A stretch of DNA of 64,000 nt from the human T2T-CHM13v2.0 reference genome, Homo sapiens: the NCBI RefSeq assembly GCF_009914755.1, contig NC_060933.1. One strand, given 5' to 3'. The notes beneath the pieces were generated by a model. That model saw only the letters and a program-made list of their open reading frames with translations, was not told the origin of the DNA and made no database searches. This document shows, one piece after another, positions 32,150 through 46,474 of this stretch (position 1 is the first letter of the stretch; each line of letters opens with the position of its first letter). Position numbers and translations under genes: made by a program.

Positions 32150-32722
32150 AAACCATCAGGTCACATCACTACTCCTCTCAAAACCCTTTAATGGCTTCCC
32201 ACGTCACTCAGAATACATTTCAAAACAGTTGTCCTGGGTACAAGGCTTGAGCGACCTCTGACCTCATCTCTATCCACTCTCCCCCATCCTTTCAGAGTTC
32301 TGGCCATACCAGCCTCTTTGCTGTTCTTCCAACTCACCACGAGTTCTCCCAGCTCAGTGTCTCTGCATTCACTTTCCTTTTGCCTGAAACTCGTTCCCTG
32401 GCTATCTGCATGGCTCACTTTGTCATTTCCCTCAAGGCTCTGCTCAAAGGTCACCTTCTGAGGCTTTCACTAACTACTCTACCAAAAATGGGGTTTCCCA
32501 TTCACCCACCCATGGTCTCCCATCATCATCCCTTACCCTGCTTTTTCCCCTCACAGAACTCATCACCACTAACACTCTGTGTTTGTTGGTTTGTTGCATG
32601 TGTTCCCACTGGAGTGTAAGTTCCACAAGGGAAGGATTTTGTTCACTATTATGTCTCCCCATCTAAATATTACCCAGTATAGAGCAGGGGCTCCTCAATA
32701 AACATTTGGTGAATGAATAAAT
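32150..32722 (+). mobile_element. L2 3' region
   Basis: ctcaaaacccttt.atggcttccca...ctcaataaacatttggtgaatgaataaatg, the L2 terminus. Confidence 0.75.
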
Positions 32723-34823
32723 GGCACATCTAATAAGAAAACTTTTGCTTTAATTACTGACTTTGCTGAGTGCTTACATGGGGCAGATGCTGTGTGCTAA
32801 ATTCTTGTATGTGGGACATCTCACTTAATCCTCAGAGTAACCCTACAAAGTATCATACTCCTTATTATTAAGCTATATACTCACATGTGGGAAATGAGAC
32901 ACAGGCAGGCTAAAGCAACCTCCCTACAATCAAGAATTAAGTGGGTCTTATCTAAGGGACATAGGAATCAACTTGAAAGAGCTTCCATTAGCCAAAGATG
33001 GGATAACTTGAGCAAAAAGAATAATGACTACAACTGATTAAAGAGTTTATAGTCACAATATACAAATAAACAAAAGTTATTTGGTAAATTGTGGAGACTT
33101 CTAGGGTATCAATTCACTATTCTGAAATTGCTAAATAAAAGGACAGAATCAAGCATTTATTTTGTTTCCTGTACAAACTATATTCCAGGATAACCAGGTA
33201 GTAAAAGTTCTTAATAAATTTCCACACAACGAATGTCAAAGGAATGAGAGAATATTTTTAAACTGCCATTTTATTCAAGCCCTAATGAAGTCACAGATGT
33301 AGGCAATGATCATGAGTGGATGGTAAGGCCGGCCGATCACAGGTTGATGGGGAAACTTATAATGGGTAGATCAGGTCGATATGACTAAAGGTAAGACAAC
33401 CAGACCTCATGAGCCTTGTGATGTGATGTATTAGGAATTACACACTGCCACCTAGAAAAGATTCTTGCTAAAAGAACTGAACTGGAGTCTCATCAAACCT
33501 CTAGATTTACCACTTCATAGGAAGAATGAAATAGAAGAATATGCTCAGAAATACCATGAGGAGGCAATCAGCCAAATACAAACTGTAGCACATTCCATAG
33601 AACAGATGAGCTGGTTTCTTCAACAAATAAATAGTACGACAAGTAGAAAGGGAGGGATATTCTCACAAACTGAGAAAGACTTAGGAGTCATAATAATCAA
33701 CTATAGTAGGAAAACTTTGCTTGGATCCCTATTTCAAACACAACTGTAAAAGACACTTGTGAAGCAACTGAAATTAGGTTGCATATGATAGGAAGAAATT
33801 ATTGCTAATTTAGCTAAATATGGTTATATCTATATCTGTTAGAGAATCATATGGAAATATTACAGGTAAATAGAAATTTGCCTTAAAGTATATTCCAACA
33901 AAAAGGGGCAAAAAGGCAAAGGAAGATGGAATAGAAGAAAAAAGACTACCAAAATATTGGTTTTAAAGTTTTTTTTTAAAGTTTTCCTCTCCTCTACATG
34001 CACTTTAGCAAGTTAGATTTGCTGGTGGGTCTTAGTATTTCTTTCTAAATTGACAAGATTATATCTTCAGTTAATTGCTTTCGAAACACCTGGCTGACTT
34101 ATTTTCTTAATATTTGCACGTTTAAAATTTTCTTTTTATCATCATGCATATATAATTTACCTAAATATAAAGTTTTGGGGTTTTTCTCTCAAAATTCTGA
34201 AGATATGGCTCCATAGTCTGCTGGCACTTAGAAGACATTTGAAGCCAGACCAATTTTGGCTCACAAAACACTCTAGAATTCTCAGTTCCTAACACAATAT
34301 TGAAAGTGTTTGTTGTCACTATCACACCACTACCCTGTTCAAGAGCCTGAGTTCCTTGAAAGAGGGGATTGTGCTGTTTACCAAAGTATCTCTAGCTCCT
34401 AATTCAACTGGCACGTGATAGACACTCCATAAAGTGTACTAAATGTGTAAATGAATGTTGTAATGCCAAAGGAATACCTCCCAGTATGTGTCTGGAAGTA
34501 TGTTTCTTTTTATAATTATATTTGGAACATACTGTATCTTTTACCTGCATGGTAAGATTTCACAGAAAACTAAGGGAGTCTATATACATTCTTCCTTCAT
34601 TTTATCCTTACGTACACTCAGGCCTTTACAGACTTGTTTCTTCCCTCATATTCTACTGACATGGTTCCTCCCAGGCACTGACCTTTTTTAAAGGCCTTTG
34701 ACTTCTCTGCAGCATTTGACACCGTTGAAAACACCTTCTTTCTTCTTGAAACACTCTATGAACAGATTGCCAGGCCCCAGGTACCTCAACTACAGCTCAT
34801 TAAGAAATTCAGATGGGAAATTT

Positions 34824-35792
34824 CTTTTTTATTATTTTTCTTTTTTTTTTGAGACAAGGTCTCACTCTGTCACCCAGGTTGTAGTGTAGTGGCATAATCA
34901 CAGCTCACTGCAACCCTGACCCCCCCAGGCTCAAGCAATCCTCCCACCTCAGACTCCTGAATAGCTGGAACTATAGGCACACATCACATTGCCCAGCTAA
35001 TATATATGTAATATAGTCTATAATATATATTACATATATTAGATATTATATTACCTGTTATATATTATATATAGTAATATATGTAATATGTATGTGTAAT
35101 ACACAATATATGTAATATGTAATATATATGTATTTATTTCATCTATTATATATGACATATATTGTATATACCATATGCACACATCACATTGCCCAGCTAA
35201 TATATATGTATAATATATAATATATATTATATATGTAATATAGTCTATATTATAATATATATTACATATATTATATATTACATGTAATAATATATATTAT
35301 ATATAGTAATAGATGTAATATGTATAATACATAATATATGTAATATGTAATATATATGTATTTATATGTGTCATATAGTATATATACACTATATGTCATA
35401 TATTATATATAATATATATTAGATATTAGCTGGGCAATGTGATGTGTACCTATAGTATTATATATAATATATTATCATTAATAACATATAATACATAATG
35501 TAATAATATATAACATATTATAAAACATAATATATTATATATTAACATATAATATATAACATATTATAAAATATATTATATATTATAACATAATATATAA
35601 CATATTATAAAATATAATATATATTATTAACATATAATATATAACATATAAATATATATTATTAACATATATGTTAATATGTTTATATAATACAATATAA
35701 TATATATTACTTATTATATTATACAGTAATATAATATATTATTTATTATATTATATTATATTAATATATTTACATTATATATAATATAATTA

Positions 35793-35831
<39 letters not shown>

Positions 35832-36043
35832 GGGGGGGGAGAGAGGGAGAGACAGAGAGAGAGAGAGAGAAAGAGACAGAGTTTTGTCACGTTGCCCGGG
35901 CTGGTCCCAAACTCCTGGGCTTAAGTGATCCTCCTCCCAAGTAGCACGAGCCACCACGCCTGACTCATCTTTCGTGTTGTTTTGTAGAGATGGGGTTTCA
36001 CCGTATTGACCAGGATTATAGGCGTGAGCTACCCCACCCAGCC
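34824..36043 (-). mobile_element. AluJ-like element split by an ~850-bp AT-rich expansion
   Basis: Alu arm at 34850-35000 and Alu remainder at 35875-36043, flanking TA-rich sequence. Confidence 0.85.
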
Positions 36044-38138
36044 TATACATATTAATATTAAATAACTGTATTTTTTGGTTTATAGCTATGCCTCATTTTC
36101 TTAACACCAAAGTCTAACAACAGATATAAAGGTCAAAGTCTAGATCTCATGCATTTTTAAAAAACCTTTAGTTTGTTGCTTGAACACAATAAACAACAAA
36201 TAAACATCTATTTACTGCCCAGCTAATCTTTACATTGACCAAAAGTGCTTTGCCTACATAGCACTGCAGCACAGCATGGACCTATAGAATATGTTCTTCC
36301 CTCATTCTCAAAATGCTTTTCCAGCCACTCAGGTGACATAAAATTAGTTTAGGTGTGCCTCCTAGTGGCATTTTAAGGAAGTATTCATTTTTAGAGGAGT
36401 TTTTAGATGAGTTTACCACTCATCCACCATCCTAACACAGGCTAGAAAGAAACTGAAGTTTGTTGATAATCTGAAAATATCATTATAACTAGTAGCATGA
36501 ATCCTCTCCATCACAATTTGAACCAAAGTCGTAAGTTAAAAAAAGAAAACCTTTTGATTTGAGGCCTTTCATAAATTTGGTTAACCAGACTCCAGTGATT
36601 GATTTAATTTCGTTTCCTGATTGGCTTACTATTAATTGAAAACTTGCTTGGTTTCTATCTCCATTATAGATTATATTAAATCACTGACAATCACCAATTA
36701 TAATTATGTAGCATCACAGAAAAAGAAGGGAAAAAATGTTTCTCACCCCAGGCCATTACATTGCATTACAGTCCCCTAGAGAGATTAAAATAACAACTCT
36801 GTGAAGGTCTGAGGTGGGACCCAAACATTCAAAAGGCCCTAGATGAATCAAATGTGCAGCCAGGATTGGGAGCCTGACCAGTGGTATAAGAGATGGGGTT
36901 GAATCATGAGTGGTCTTTTCCCCCAAAAGAAAAAAACAATAACACAAAATTACTGAGCTGTGATTTATCTTTGTTTTTAATCAAAAAATAAAGAACTAAA
37001 AAAACTCCAGTAGGATAAGATTTTATTTATTAGGCTTTACTCTAATAAACGTTTTGCTTTATTTCTTCTATTTATCCTTCTCATGAGGTGCCATTAAATT
37101 TAAAAATAGCCAAAAGACTAAATCACAGGCTAAAGATGTTATTTAGACATGGTATTTCAATCAGAATCTTTTTTAAAACTTCATCTTTGAAGACCCTAAA
37201 AAGACAACATCTTCTAGCCCAGTAGTCAAGTCCATGCCATTTTCAGGGTCCTTTTCAACCCTAGGGACTTCTGGGACATGAGGTCAATTCCAGCCCAGCC
37301 TTAGCTATTTGGGTTCACTCAATACATAGGGAGGAGAACCCCCAGGGAGCTTCAGGAATATTGTCATAACAGAATTCTTAAGCTTAGTGGGAGATTCGCT
37401 GGTGTTCATCTTATTATACTCCATAACTTACATTTGATATAAATATACTCTGTGGTATATATCAAATACTTCATACTCTTAAAAAAGGAAAGAACAGCTC
37501 AAAACCCTAGAATGATGCTGGAAGTTTAATTCCTTCAAGTGGGACACATTCAAGGAACAAACCAATCTTCCGAAACTATTGTAGATGAGGATGTTTCTCT
37601 CTAGGCTGCCCCAGGGAGGATCAGAACTCAAGTATCTCTAGAGTTAGAACACTGGTTCAACCATGTGGGTCTATATTCCCCTGTTCATCCTTTCTTGAAA
37701 TTAAGAAATAAATAATAAAGTGTATCTTGATCAACAAGAAAAACCTAGTCACCTTAAGCAACATATGTTAGGAGAATCAATCCACCATGGGACAAGTCTT
37801 CCTGCACGATCTTGCTGGGTAGGATGAGGTCACAGGCCCTGACTGCTCTTTAGCTGGGCCATTTCCCAGAGTTGTGTTTGCAGTAAGCAACCCTGAGGGA
37901 TGAGGTACCATCTCCTTCCAGTCAAAGAGCAGACTTGCTCATCACTCATGATGAAAATGATAGAGTCCACAAGCTCAATGTACCTCAGCTATGTCACAAA
38001 CCCAAAGCATCCATCCCAGCATCCAACGAGGCTCTCCTTCATCTCCTTTATGGGACTTGGAGTGCGTGCCGCTTTCTGTGCTACGAGTAATAAAGTCTTC
38101 TGCCAGCATCCATGAAATAATAACAGGCTAATTTATTA

Positions 38139-38833
38139 CAGCAGTCCCCTCTTATCCACAGTTTTATTTTTCACAGTTTGAGTTACCCATGGTCAACCTC
38201 AGTCTGAAAATATTAAATGGAAAATTTCAGAAATAAACAATTCATAATTTTTAAATTACCCATCATTCTGAGTAATGTGATAAAATCTCCCACCATTCCT
38301 GCTGGGACATGAATCATCCCCTTGTCTAGTGTAGCCAAGCTGTCCACACTACCTGCCTGTTAGTTACCTAATAGCCATCACAGTTATCAGATCAGCTGCC
38401 ACAATATCACAGTGGCTGGTGTGCAGGTAACCCTTGTTTTACTTAACCATAGCCCCAAAGTAGAAGAGTAGTGATGCTGGCAATTTGGATATACCAAAGA
38501 GAAGCAATAAAGTGCTTCCTTTAAGTGAAAGAGTGGAAGTTCTCAATATGAAAAAAAAAATCATATGCCAAGGTTATTAAGATCTACAGTACGATATTTT
38601 AAGAAGGAGAGAACATACACAAAACTTTTATTATAGTATACTGTTACAATTACTCTATTTTTATTAGTAATTATTGTTAATCTGTTACTGTGGCTAATTT
38701 ATAAATTAAACTTTATCATAGGTATGTATGTACTGGGAAAACCATAGTATACATAGGCTTCAGTACAATCCATGGTTTCAGGTATCCACTGGGGATCTTG
38801 GACCATATCCCCCACAGATAAGGAAGACTACCG
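38139..38833 (+). mobile_element. MER44 (Tigger7-derived) DNA transposon inserted in the 5' LTR
   Basis: TA then cagcagtcccctcttatccac... with the reciprocal end cagataaggaagactaccg. Confidence 0.8.
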
Positions 38834-39821
38834 TTGTTTGCAAGTAGCATAAAATCCCAGACACTTTACATGCCCTGATAGTTTTGGTGGCAAATGTGAG
38901 ATGCTCATAGAAATATTTGACTTTCTGGAAAAGGAGGGACAAGGGCCCTGGTTGGCTGGGTTACAGGACGTGAGAAGATTCCCAGAGATCTGGTAGTAAA
39001 TGCTCTTGCCTAGATGGTGGTGAGGATGGGAAAGTGGAATAAGGGTTCCTCACTGTCCTATGTGTTAAATGTGGTTGAACAACAAAAGGTAGGGTTGAAA
39101 CAAGGTGTCCTAATGGTGCTTTGGCTGTGTCATACTCCCTTCTGGGGTGGGAGAAGGGAGGATGTTATCAATGACAATGGGGCAGCAAGCTCCACGATCC
39201 AGCCAAAAAACAAGGCGACGTGGCGATGGCTGCTGAATCTAGGGGTCCCCAGAGCTGAAATAAATGGTGTTAACAATGAGGGTAGAGAACTGTGGGTAGA
39301 CTAAAAGCGTCAGAAACTTGTCTGTTGAGCCCAGTGGCAGAGGTCACTTGAAATAAAGTAAATACAAAGCCTTGCTTACTGGCACTGAGTGGCTCTCTCC
39401 CTCCAGTCCCCAATCCTCCCCTGCCTCTCCTCCAACTCCCTCTGCTTTAGGGAAGTATGCTGGGGAACTTCAGGGCAGGGAAGGACTCAAAATTTTATGG
39501 CTCTGTTGGACTGGACACGAGTGCCAAAGTCTACTTGGTCTCAGGGAAGGCAAGTATGCTAAGCACTGGGGTGGCCCAGAGCTCCAAAGACTGCAAGGCC
39601 ATGCAGTGGCTCCAGCAAAGGCTGAAATAATGATGGCTCTGAGTGGCCATTCTCTCCAGAGGCCAGAGAACACAGGACAGGAAGCAGCACCCATTCTGGG
39701 ACGAGGAGCCAAAGGACAAAAAGCCCTCCCTGCCCCTCTCCCCTAGCTGGAGACAGCATAATCTCTTGAAACTATTACGACCACCCTTGAAGTACCTATG
39801 TTAAACTCTTTTGTCTCTGTT

Positions 39822-40130
39822 CTTTTATTGTTATTGTTTTGGTTTTTTGAGATAGGGTCTCGCTCTGTCAACCAGGCTGGAGTACAGTGGTATGATCACA
39901 GCTCACTGCAGCCTTGACCTTCCTGGGCTCAAGCAATCCTCCCACCTCAGCGTCCTGTGTAGCTGGGACTATAGTTGTGTAACACCATGCCTGGCTAATT
40001 TTTTAAATTTTTTAAATGGAGATGAAGTCTCACTATGTTGCCCAGGGTGGTCTTGAATTCTTGGGCTCAAGCAATCATCCTGCCATGGTCTCCCAGTGTG
40101 CTGGGATTACAGGTGTGAGTCATCATGCTT
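39822..40130 (-). mobile_element. AluJ
   Basis: Diverged dimeric Alu with J-type diagnostics (gggctcaagcaatcctcccacc). Confidence 0.9.
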
Positions 40131-40502
40131 GATCACATGTATATTGTGACTAGGTGGGGGAAAGTAACTGAATTCAACTGATAGAGTGTAAGCAAACTTC
40201 ACAATGAGTAAAAAAAAATTAAAGGGACCTTTATAGCCAACTCAAGATACTGTGATGTGTGTCAACACTCTCCCTACCCACTACATACAAATGTACAATG
40301 ACATTGATGTATTACATGCTTGTATTATAAAACTCACAGTGACCAAAACAGACTCCCCAGTCAGGGATTCCCAGACCCCTTCTAGGTGGTCTAATAGAAA
40401 CATAGAAGCCCAGGGAGGAAAAGAAAATCACTATGAAGCTCCAGTGAGGCCACTGCCCAATGCAGCAGCACCACCTGCTTGGCACAGGCACCAAATACAT
40501 CC

Positions 40503-40935
40503 TGTATTAGTTTGCTGGGGCTGCCATAACAAAGGACCACAAACTGGACGGCTTAAGCAACAGAAATTTATTGTCTCTGTTCTGAAGGGGAGAAATCTAA
40601 AATCAAGGTGTCTGCAAGGTTTGTTCCTTACTAAGGCTGTGAGAGAAGCATCTGTTCCAGGCCCCTTCCTTGGCTTGTAAACAGCTGTCTTCATATTCAC
40701 ATTGTATGGTCCCGGTATGCATAGTCCAGTATGAATTGTATGGTCTTGTATCCAAATTTCTTCTTCTCATAAAGCCATCAGTCACACTGAATTGGGGCCC
40801 ATTCTAACGACCTCATTTTAACTTGATTACCTCTGTAAAGACCCTATCTCCAAGCAAGATCACATTCTGAAGTACTATAGGTTAAGGCTTCAACATATGA
40901 ATTTGGAGACAGGAGACACATTTCAACCCATAACA
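40503..40935 (-). mobile_element. MLT1 LTR
   Basis: tgtattagtttgctggggctgccataacaaa...caacccataaca, flanked by catcc/caccc. Confidence 0.85.
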
Positions 40936-42389
40936 CACCCCTTTCAAAAAGGGGACGCAATCGTTGGTCTGCTGCTGAGCTCTTGTTAAAAATGAACCCA
41001 TGGAGGCTTGTAACTCCCAGGTCTGACATCTCCATTTTGGGGTGGGTCAACCAGGACACAACAACTACGAGGAGAGTAGCTCCCACCCTCTCCCCCTGCC
41101 ACAACCCACCCCTTGCTCATGGCCCACTGTAAAAGCAGTAGGCTCCCTAAGCTCAACGCTGCTCAACTGTGACACAAATCCACTGAGTGCATAGCACTCA
41201 TTTCGCCCGTGCCCATCTTTGTCACCTCGGTGAGTTTTGGAGGACATGGGGAATTAACACCACCACGCTCATGCTGTTTGCTGTGCTGTGAGTAATAAAG
41301 TCCTCTGACTCTGATGTAGTTGTCTCCAGTCTTCTGTAATAGGCTAACACGTTAGCTTGCAAGTAGGGTAAAATCCCGGACCCTTCACAGACCCTGACTT
41401 CATGGGGACCAACATAAGAGTAAAAACCCTGTAGTTTCCAAAGGTCTTTGACAAGGACGTGCTAAGCATCGGACAGCTGGCTGATTTGTAAACCTAATAC
41501 TTGGTCTCGCCTAGGTCACTGCTCTGTTACAATAATTCAGTTGTCCATTCTTTCAATTGTTTCATTGTCCCCAAAGAGATATTTATTCTGCATAAGACAC
41601 TCTTGTCAGTCATTAAAAACAATAATAGTAACAACAGCAACAAATATTTATGAGGTGAGAAGCATTTTTCTAAAAACTTGAGGCATTGTTCTATATATTT
41701 CATCTTTAATCTTTAAAACATCCCTTTGAAGGGGATATTATTACCTCCAGTGTACAGATCAGGAGACTGAGGCACAAGTCACACAGTTAGTCAAGGGTGG
41801 GACTGGGATTCAAACTCAGGCAGTCTGGCTTTAGTCTTCATTTTTAACCACTAGCTACATGCCTTACCGGAGGACTTTCTACTCCCAGAGCCATAATGGG
41901 CCACAGAGGCCTAGACATCTTTGTCTGAAATCTTAGGAAAATAATTCGGGTCAAACTTTTAAGACTTGATTTTTTGACTTGCAACATTTTAAAATGTTTT
42001 TTACAACCTGTATTAGGCAATTAGATAATCTTCTGCAGTGCTTTGATCTTTTCTATCCAGCCACGTCTAAATCCAATGTTAAGGTTTCACACTCCATGTT
42101 AGTTTCCTATTGCTGCAGTAACAAATTATACGAAGTCTGTGGCTTAAAACAACACCAATCTATTATCTTACAGTTCTAAGTTCAGAAGTCCAAAATGGGC
42201 TGGCAGGACTGCATCCCTGTAGAGGCTCTAAAGAATAATCTGTTTCCTTGCCTTTTCCAGCCTCTAGGGGCTTCCTGAATTCCTTGACTCATGATCCTTA
42301 AACAATCTTCAAAGCCAGCAGTGTAGCATCTTCAAATCTCTCTTATACTGACTCTCATGCTTCCTTCTTTCTCTTATAAAGACCCTTGT

Positions 42390-42744
<355 letters not shown>

Positions 42745-43028
42745 TCAAACATTATCTTTGGGGGTGGGGGGCATTATTCTATGTACCACATACTCTAAGC
42801 AGTTATCTCTTCCTACAGAATGGAAATTTTTACACAAATTTATCTGGATTGGAGATTTAAATTAGCCCATTCACCAGATAATTAGTAAGCCATTTTATCT
42901 TGGTTTTAAGGATGCAGCCCAAAGAACATTTTATTGTTGGGAGTCAAAGAGAATGTACGGCTGGAGTACATGTGGTAGAAACTTTAAGCATTGTAACAAC
43001 ATAATAGCTTAATTATTTTAAAACATAC

Positions 43029-43109
43029 CTGAAGTCGAGCATTCATAAGCATGAACTCCTTTTGATTTTTCATGCTTTCATTCATAGATTTTGAAAATAT
43101 AAACCCCAT
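43029..43109 (-). CDS. PLGRKT: PLGRKT first coding exon (CDS part; whole exon 43029-43115), plasminogen receptor KT N-terminal 27 aa
   Basis: Minus strand reads ttttacattttag|GTCAAA ATG GGG TTT ATA...CGA CTT CAG|gtatgt, i.e. MGFIFSKSMNESMKNQKEFMLMNARLQ, the recognised PLGRKT N-terminus. Canonical AG/GT boundaries, phase-0 donor. Downstream exons lie left of the window. Confidence 0.96.
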
Positions 43110-43618
43110 TTTGACCTAAAATGTAAAAAAAGCAAGGAGACTTATAATAATACACTACATGCATTCTTGTATGCTCCACTTTGAGCTACCTTGGGCTTAT
43201 GACAAAGTAAAAAAAAAAAGTAAAATTTCTGATCTAGGAACACAGTGTGGATTCTAGTTCTTGCTCCTAACTAGCTGCCTGACCTCAGGCATACTTAACG
43301 AGTCTGGCCATCATTTTACTCACCTAACACCAACTGATTGAACTAGATAATTTCCAAAATCCTTCCCTGCTCTATAAGTATATGGCTGTTTCCTGATTTT
43401 TCTTCCCACCATAAATCTTGAAGAACTGAATTCTTGAAGAAAAAAACAACTCTCTTTTTTTGTGAGGGGAAGGGTGGATACCATCCATCTTCTTACCTCT
43501 GTACAATTAGGCAACAGAACCTTTGCATCTGAGGAGGGATGATTAAGAAGATGCCTTGTGCGTCTTAAGAACATATTTCTTTGTGCTCTTTGCATTTGCG
43601 TTTTAAGAAGATTGAGCT

Positions 43619-46474
43619 CTCCCTCTCCCTCCCCCTCCCCCTCCCTCTTTCTACGGTCTCCCTCTCTTGCGGAGCCTGGACTGTACCGCCATGATCTCGG
43701 CTCGCTGCAACCTCCCTGCCTCTGGCTCCGGTGATTCTCCTGTCTCGGCCTGCCGAGTGCCAGGGATTCCAGGCACGCGCCGCCACTCCTGACTGGTTTT
43801 TGTATTTTTGGTGGAGACGGGGTTTTGCCGTGTTGACTGGGCTGGTCTCGAGCTCCTGGCCTCGGGTGATCTGCCCGCCTCGGCCTCCTGAGGTGCTGGG
43901 ATTGCAGACGGAGTCTCGCTCATTCAGTGCTCAATGTTGCCCAGGCTGGAGTGCAGTGGCGTGATCTCGGCTGGCTACAACCTCCACCTCCCAGCCGCCT
44001 GCCTTGGCCTCCCAAAGTGCTAAGATTACAGCCTCTGCCCGCCCGCCACTCCGTCTAGGAAGTGAGCAGCGTCTCTGCCTGGCCGCCCTGTCTGGGAGGT
44101 GAGGAGCATCTCTGCCCGGCCGCCACCCCGTCTAGGAAGTGAGGAGCGTCTCTGCCTGGCCGCCCATCGTCTGGGATGTGAGGAGGGCCTCTGCCCGGCC
44201 GCCCCGTCTGGGAGGAAGTGAGGAGCGCCTCTGCCCAGCCACCCCGTCTGGGAAGAAGTGAGGAGCGCTTCTGCCTGGCCGCCCCCTCTGGGAAGTGAGG
44301 AGTGCCTCTGCCCGGCCGCCACCCCGTCTAGGAAGTGAGGAGCATCTCTGCCTGGCCGCCCATCGTCTGGGATGTGAGGAGCCCCTCTGCCTGGCCACCC
44401 CGTCTAGGAAGTAAGGAGTGTCTCTGCCTGACCGCCCGTTGTCTGGGATGTGAGGAGCATCTCTTCCTGACCGCCCATCGTCTGGGGTGTGAGGAGCATC
44501 TCTGCCTGACCGTCCACCGTCTGGGATGTGAGGAGTGCCTCTGCCTGGCTGCCCCATCTGGGAAGTGAGGAGTGCCTCTGCCCGGCCGCCACCCCGTCTA
44601 GGAAGCAAGGAGCGACTCTGCCTGACCACCCATCGTCTGGGATGTGAGGAGCGCCTTTGCCCGGCCGCCCCGTCTGGGATGTGAGGAGTGCCTCTGCCCG
44701 GCTGCCCCGTCTGGGAAGTGAGGAGCGTCTCTGCCTGAGCGCCCATCGTCTGGGATGTGAGGAGCGCCTTGGCCCGGCCGCCCCGTCTGGGATGTGAGGA
44801 GTGCCTCTGCCCAGCTGCCCCGTCTGGGAAGTGAGGAGCGTCTCTGCCTGAGCACCCATCGTCTGGGATGTGAGGAGCGCCTTTGCCCGGCTGCCCCGTC
44901 TGGGATGTGAGCAGTGCCTCTGCCCGGCTGCCCCGTCTGGGAAGTGAGGAGCGTCTCTGCCTGAGCGCCCATCATCTGGGATGTGAGGAGCGCCTTTGCC
45001 CGGCCGCCCCGTCTGGGATGTGAGGAGCGCCTCTGCCCGGCTGCCCCATCTGGGAATTGAGGAGCACCTCTGCCCGGCCGCCCCGTCTGGGAGGAAGTGA
45101 GGAGCGTCTCTGCCCGGCTGCCCCGTCTGGGAGGAAGTGAGGAGCGCCTCTGCCCCGTTGCCCCGAATGGGAAGTGAGGAGCGCCTCTGCCCGGCCGCCC
45201 CATCTGGGAAGTGAGGAGTGCCTCTGCCCGGCCGCCACCCTGTCTGGGAGGTCAGGGGCGTCTCTGCCCCGCCGCCACCCCGTCTGGGAAGTGAGGAGCG
45301 CCTCTGCCCGGCCGCCACCCCGTCTGGGAGGTGAGGGGTGTCTCTGCCCAGCCATCCCGCCTGGGAAGTGAGGGGCGCCTCTGCCCGGCCGCCCTTTGTC
45401 TGGGAGGTGGGGAGCGCCTCTGCCCGGCCGCCCCGTCTGGGAAGTGGGCGCCTCTGCCTGGCCACCCCGTCTGGGAGGTGAGGAGCGCCTCTGCCCGGCC
45501 GCCCCATTTGGGAGGTGAGGGGCGTCTCTGCCTGGCCGCCACCCCGTCTGGGAAGTGAGGAGCACCTCTGCCCGGCCGCCGCCCCGTCTGGGAGGTGAGG
45601 GGTGTCTCTGCCCGGCTGCCCCGCCTGGGAAGTGAGGGGCGCCTCTGCCCGGCTGCTCTTTGTCTGGGAGGTGGGGAGCGCCTCTGCCCAGCCGCCCCGT
45701 CTGGGAAGTGGGCGCCTCTGCCTGGCCGCCCCCTCTGGGAGGTGGGGAGCGCCTCTGCCTGGCCACCCATCATCTGGGATGTGAGGAGCACCGCTGCCCG
45801 GCCGCCACCCCGTCTGGGAAGTGAGGTGTGCCTCTGCCTGGCCGCTCCGTCTGGGAAGTGAGGAGCGCCTCTGCCCGGCCGCCCTGTCTGGGAAGTGAGG
45901 TGTGCCTCTGCCTGGCCGCCCCATCTGGGAAGTGTACCCAACAGCTCCGAAGAGACAGCGACCATCGAGAACGGGCCATGATGACGATGGCGGTTTTGTC
46001 GAAAAGAAAAGGGGGAAATGTGGGGAAAAGAAAGAGAGATCAGATTGTTACTGTGTCTGTGTAGAAAGAAGTAGACATAGGAGACTCCATTTTGTTCTGT
46101 ACTAAGAAAAATTCTTCTGCCTTGGGATGCTGTTAATCTATAACCTTACCCCCAACCCCCTGCTCTCTGAAACATGTGCTGTGTCAACTCAGGGTTAAAT
46201 GGATTAAGGGCGGTGCAAGATGTGCTTTGTTAAACAGATGCTTGAAGACAGCATGCTCGTTAAGAGTCACCACCACTCCCTAATCTCAAGTACCCAGGGA
46301 CACAAACAGGGCCAAAGGCCGCAGGGACCTCTGCCTAGGAAAACCAGAGACCTTTGTTCTTGTGTTTATCTGCTGACCTTCTCTCCACTATTATCCTATG
46401 ACCCTGCCACATCCCCCTCTCTAAGAAACACCCAAGAATGATCAATAAATACTAAAAAAAAAAAAAAAAAAAAG
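43619..46474 (+). mobile_element. Full-length SVA retrotransposon (older, SVA_A/B-like)
   Basis: CCCTCT hexamer start, Alu-like region, ~1.9 kb GC-rich VNTR (~44030-45930), SINE-R, AATAAA and polyA. 14-bp TSD AAGAAGATTGAGCT at 43605-43618 and 46475-46488, at a TTTT/AA site. Confidence 0.97.

Larger units (their letters stand above)
37766..41398 (+). mobile_element. Decayed two-LTR ERVL-class provirus (LTR 37766-38880, internal ~38881-40500, partial 3' LTR ~40940-41398)
   Basis: Matching LTR 3' ends (gagtaataaagtc...aggctaa...ttgcaagtag..taaaatccc.gac.ctt.aca..ccctga). Internal WRWLLNLGVPRAEING resembles the ERVL Gag C-terminal motif. Confidence 0.7.

Noticed and set aside
44030-45930. Regularly spaced repeats superficially like a CRISPR array
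   Set aside because: Degenerate tandem VNTR units without unique spacers, inside a human SVA.
44026-45979. Long ORFs up to 506 aa, rich in G/R/P
   Set aside because: They are translations of the GC-rich SVA VNTR, which lacks stops, and do not represent a gene.
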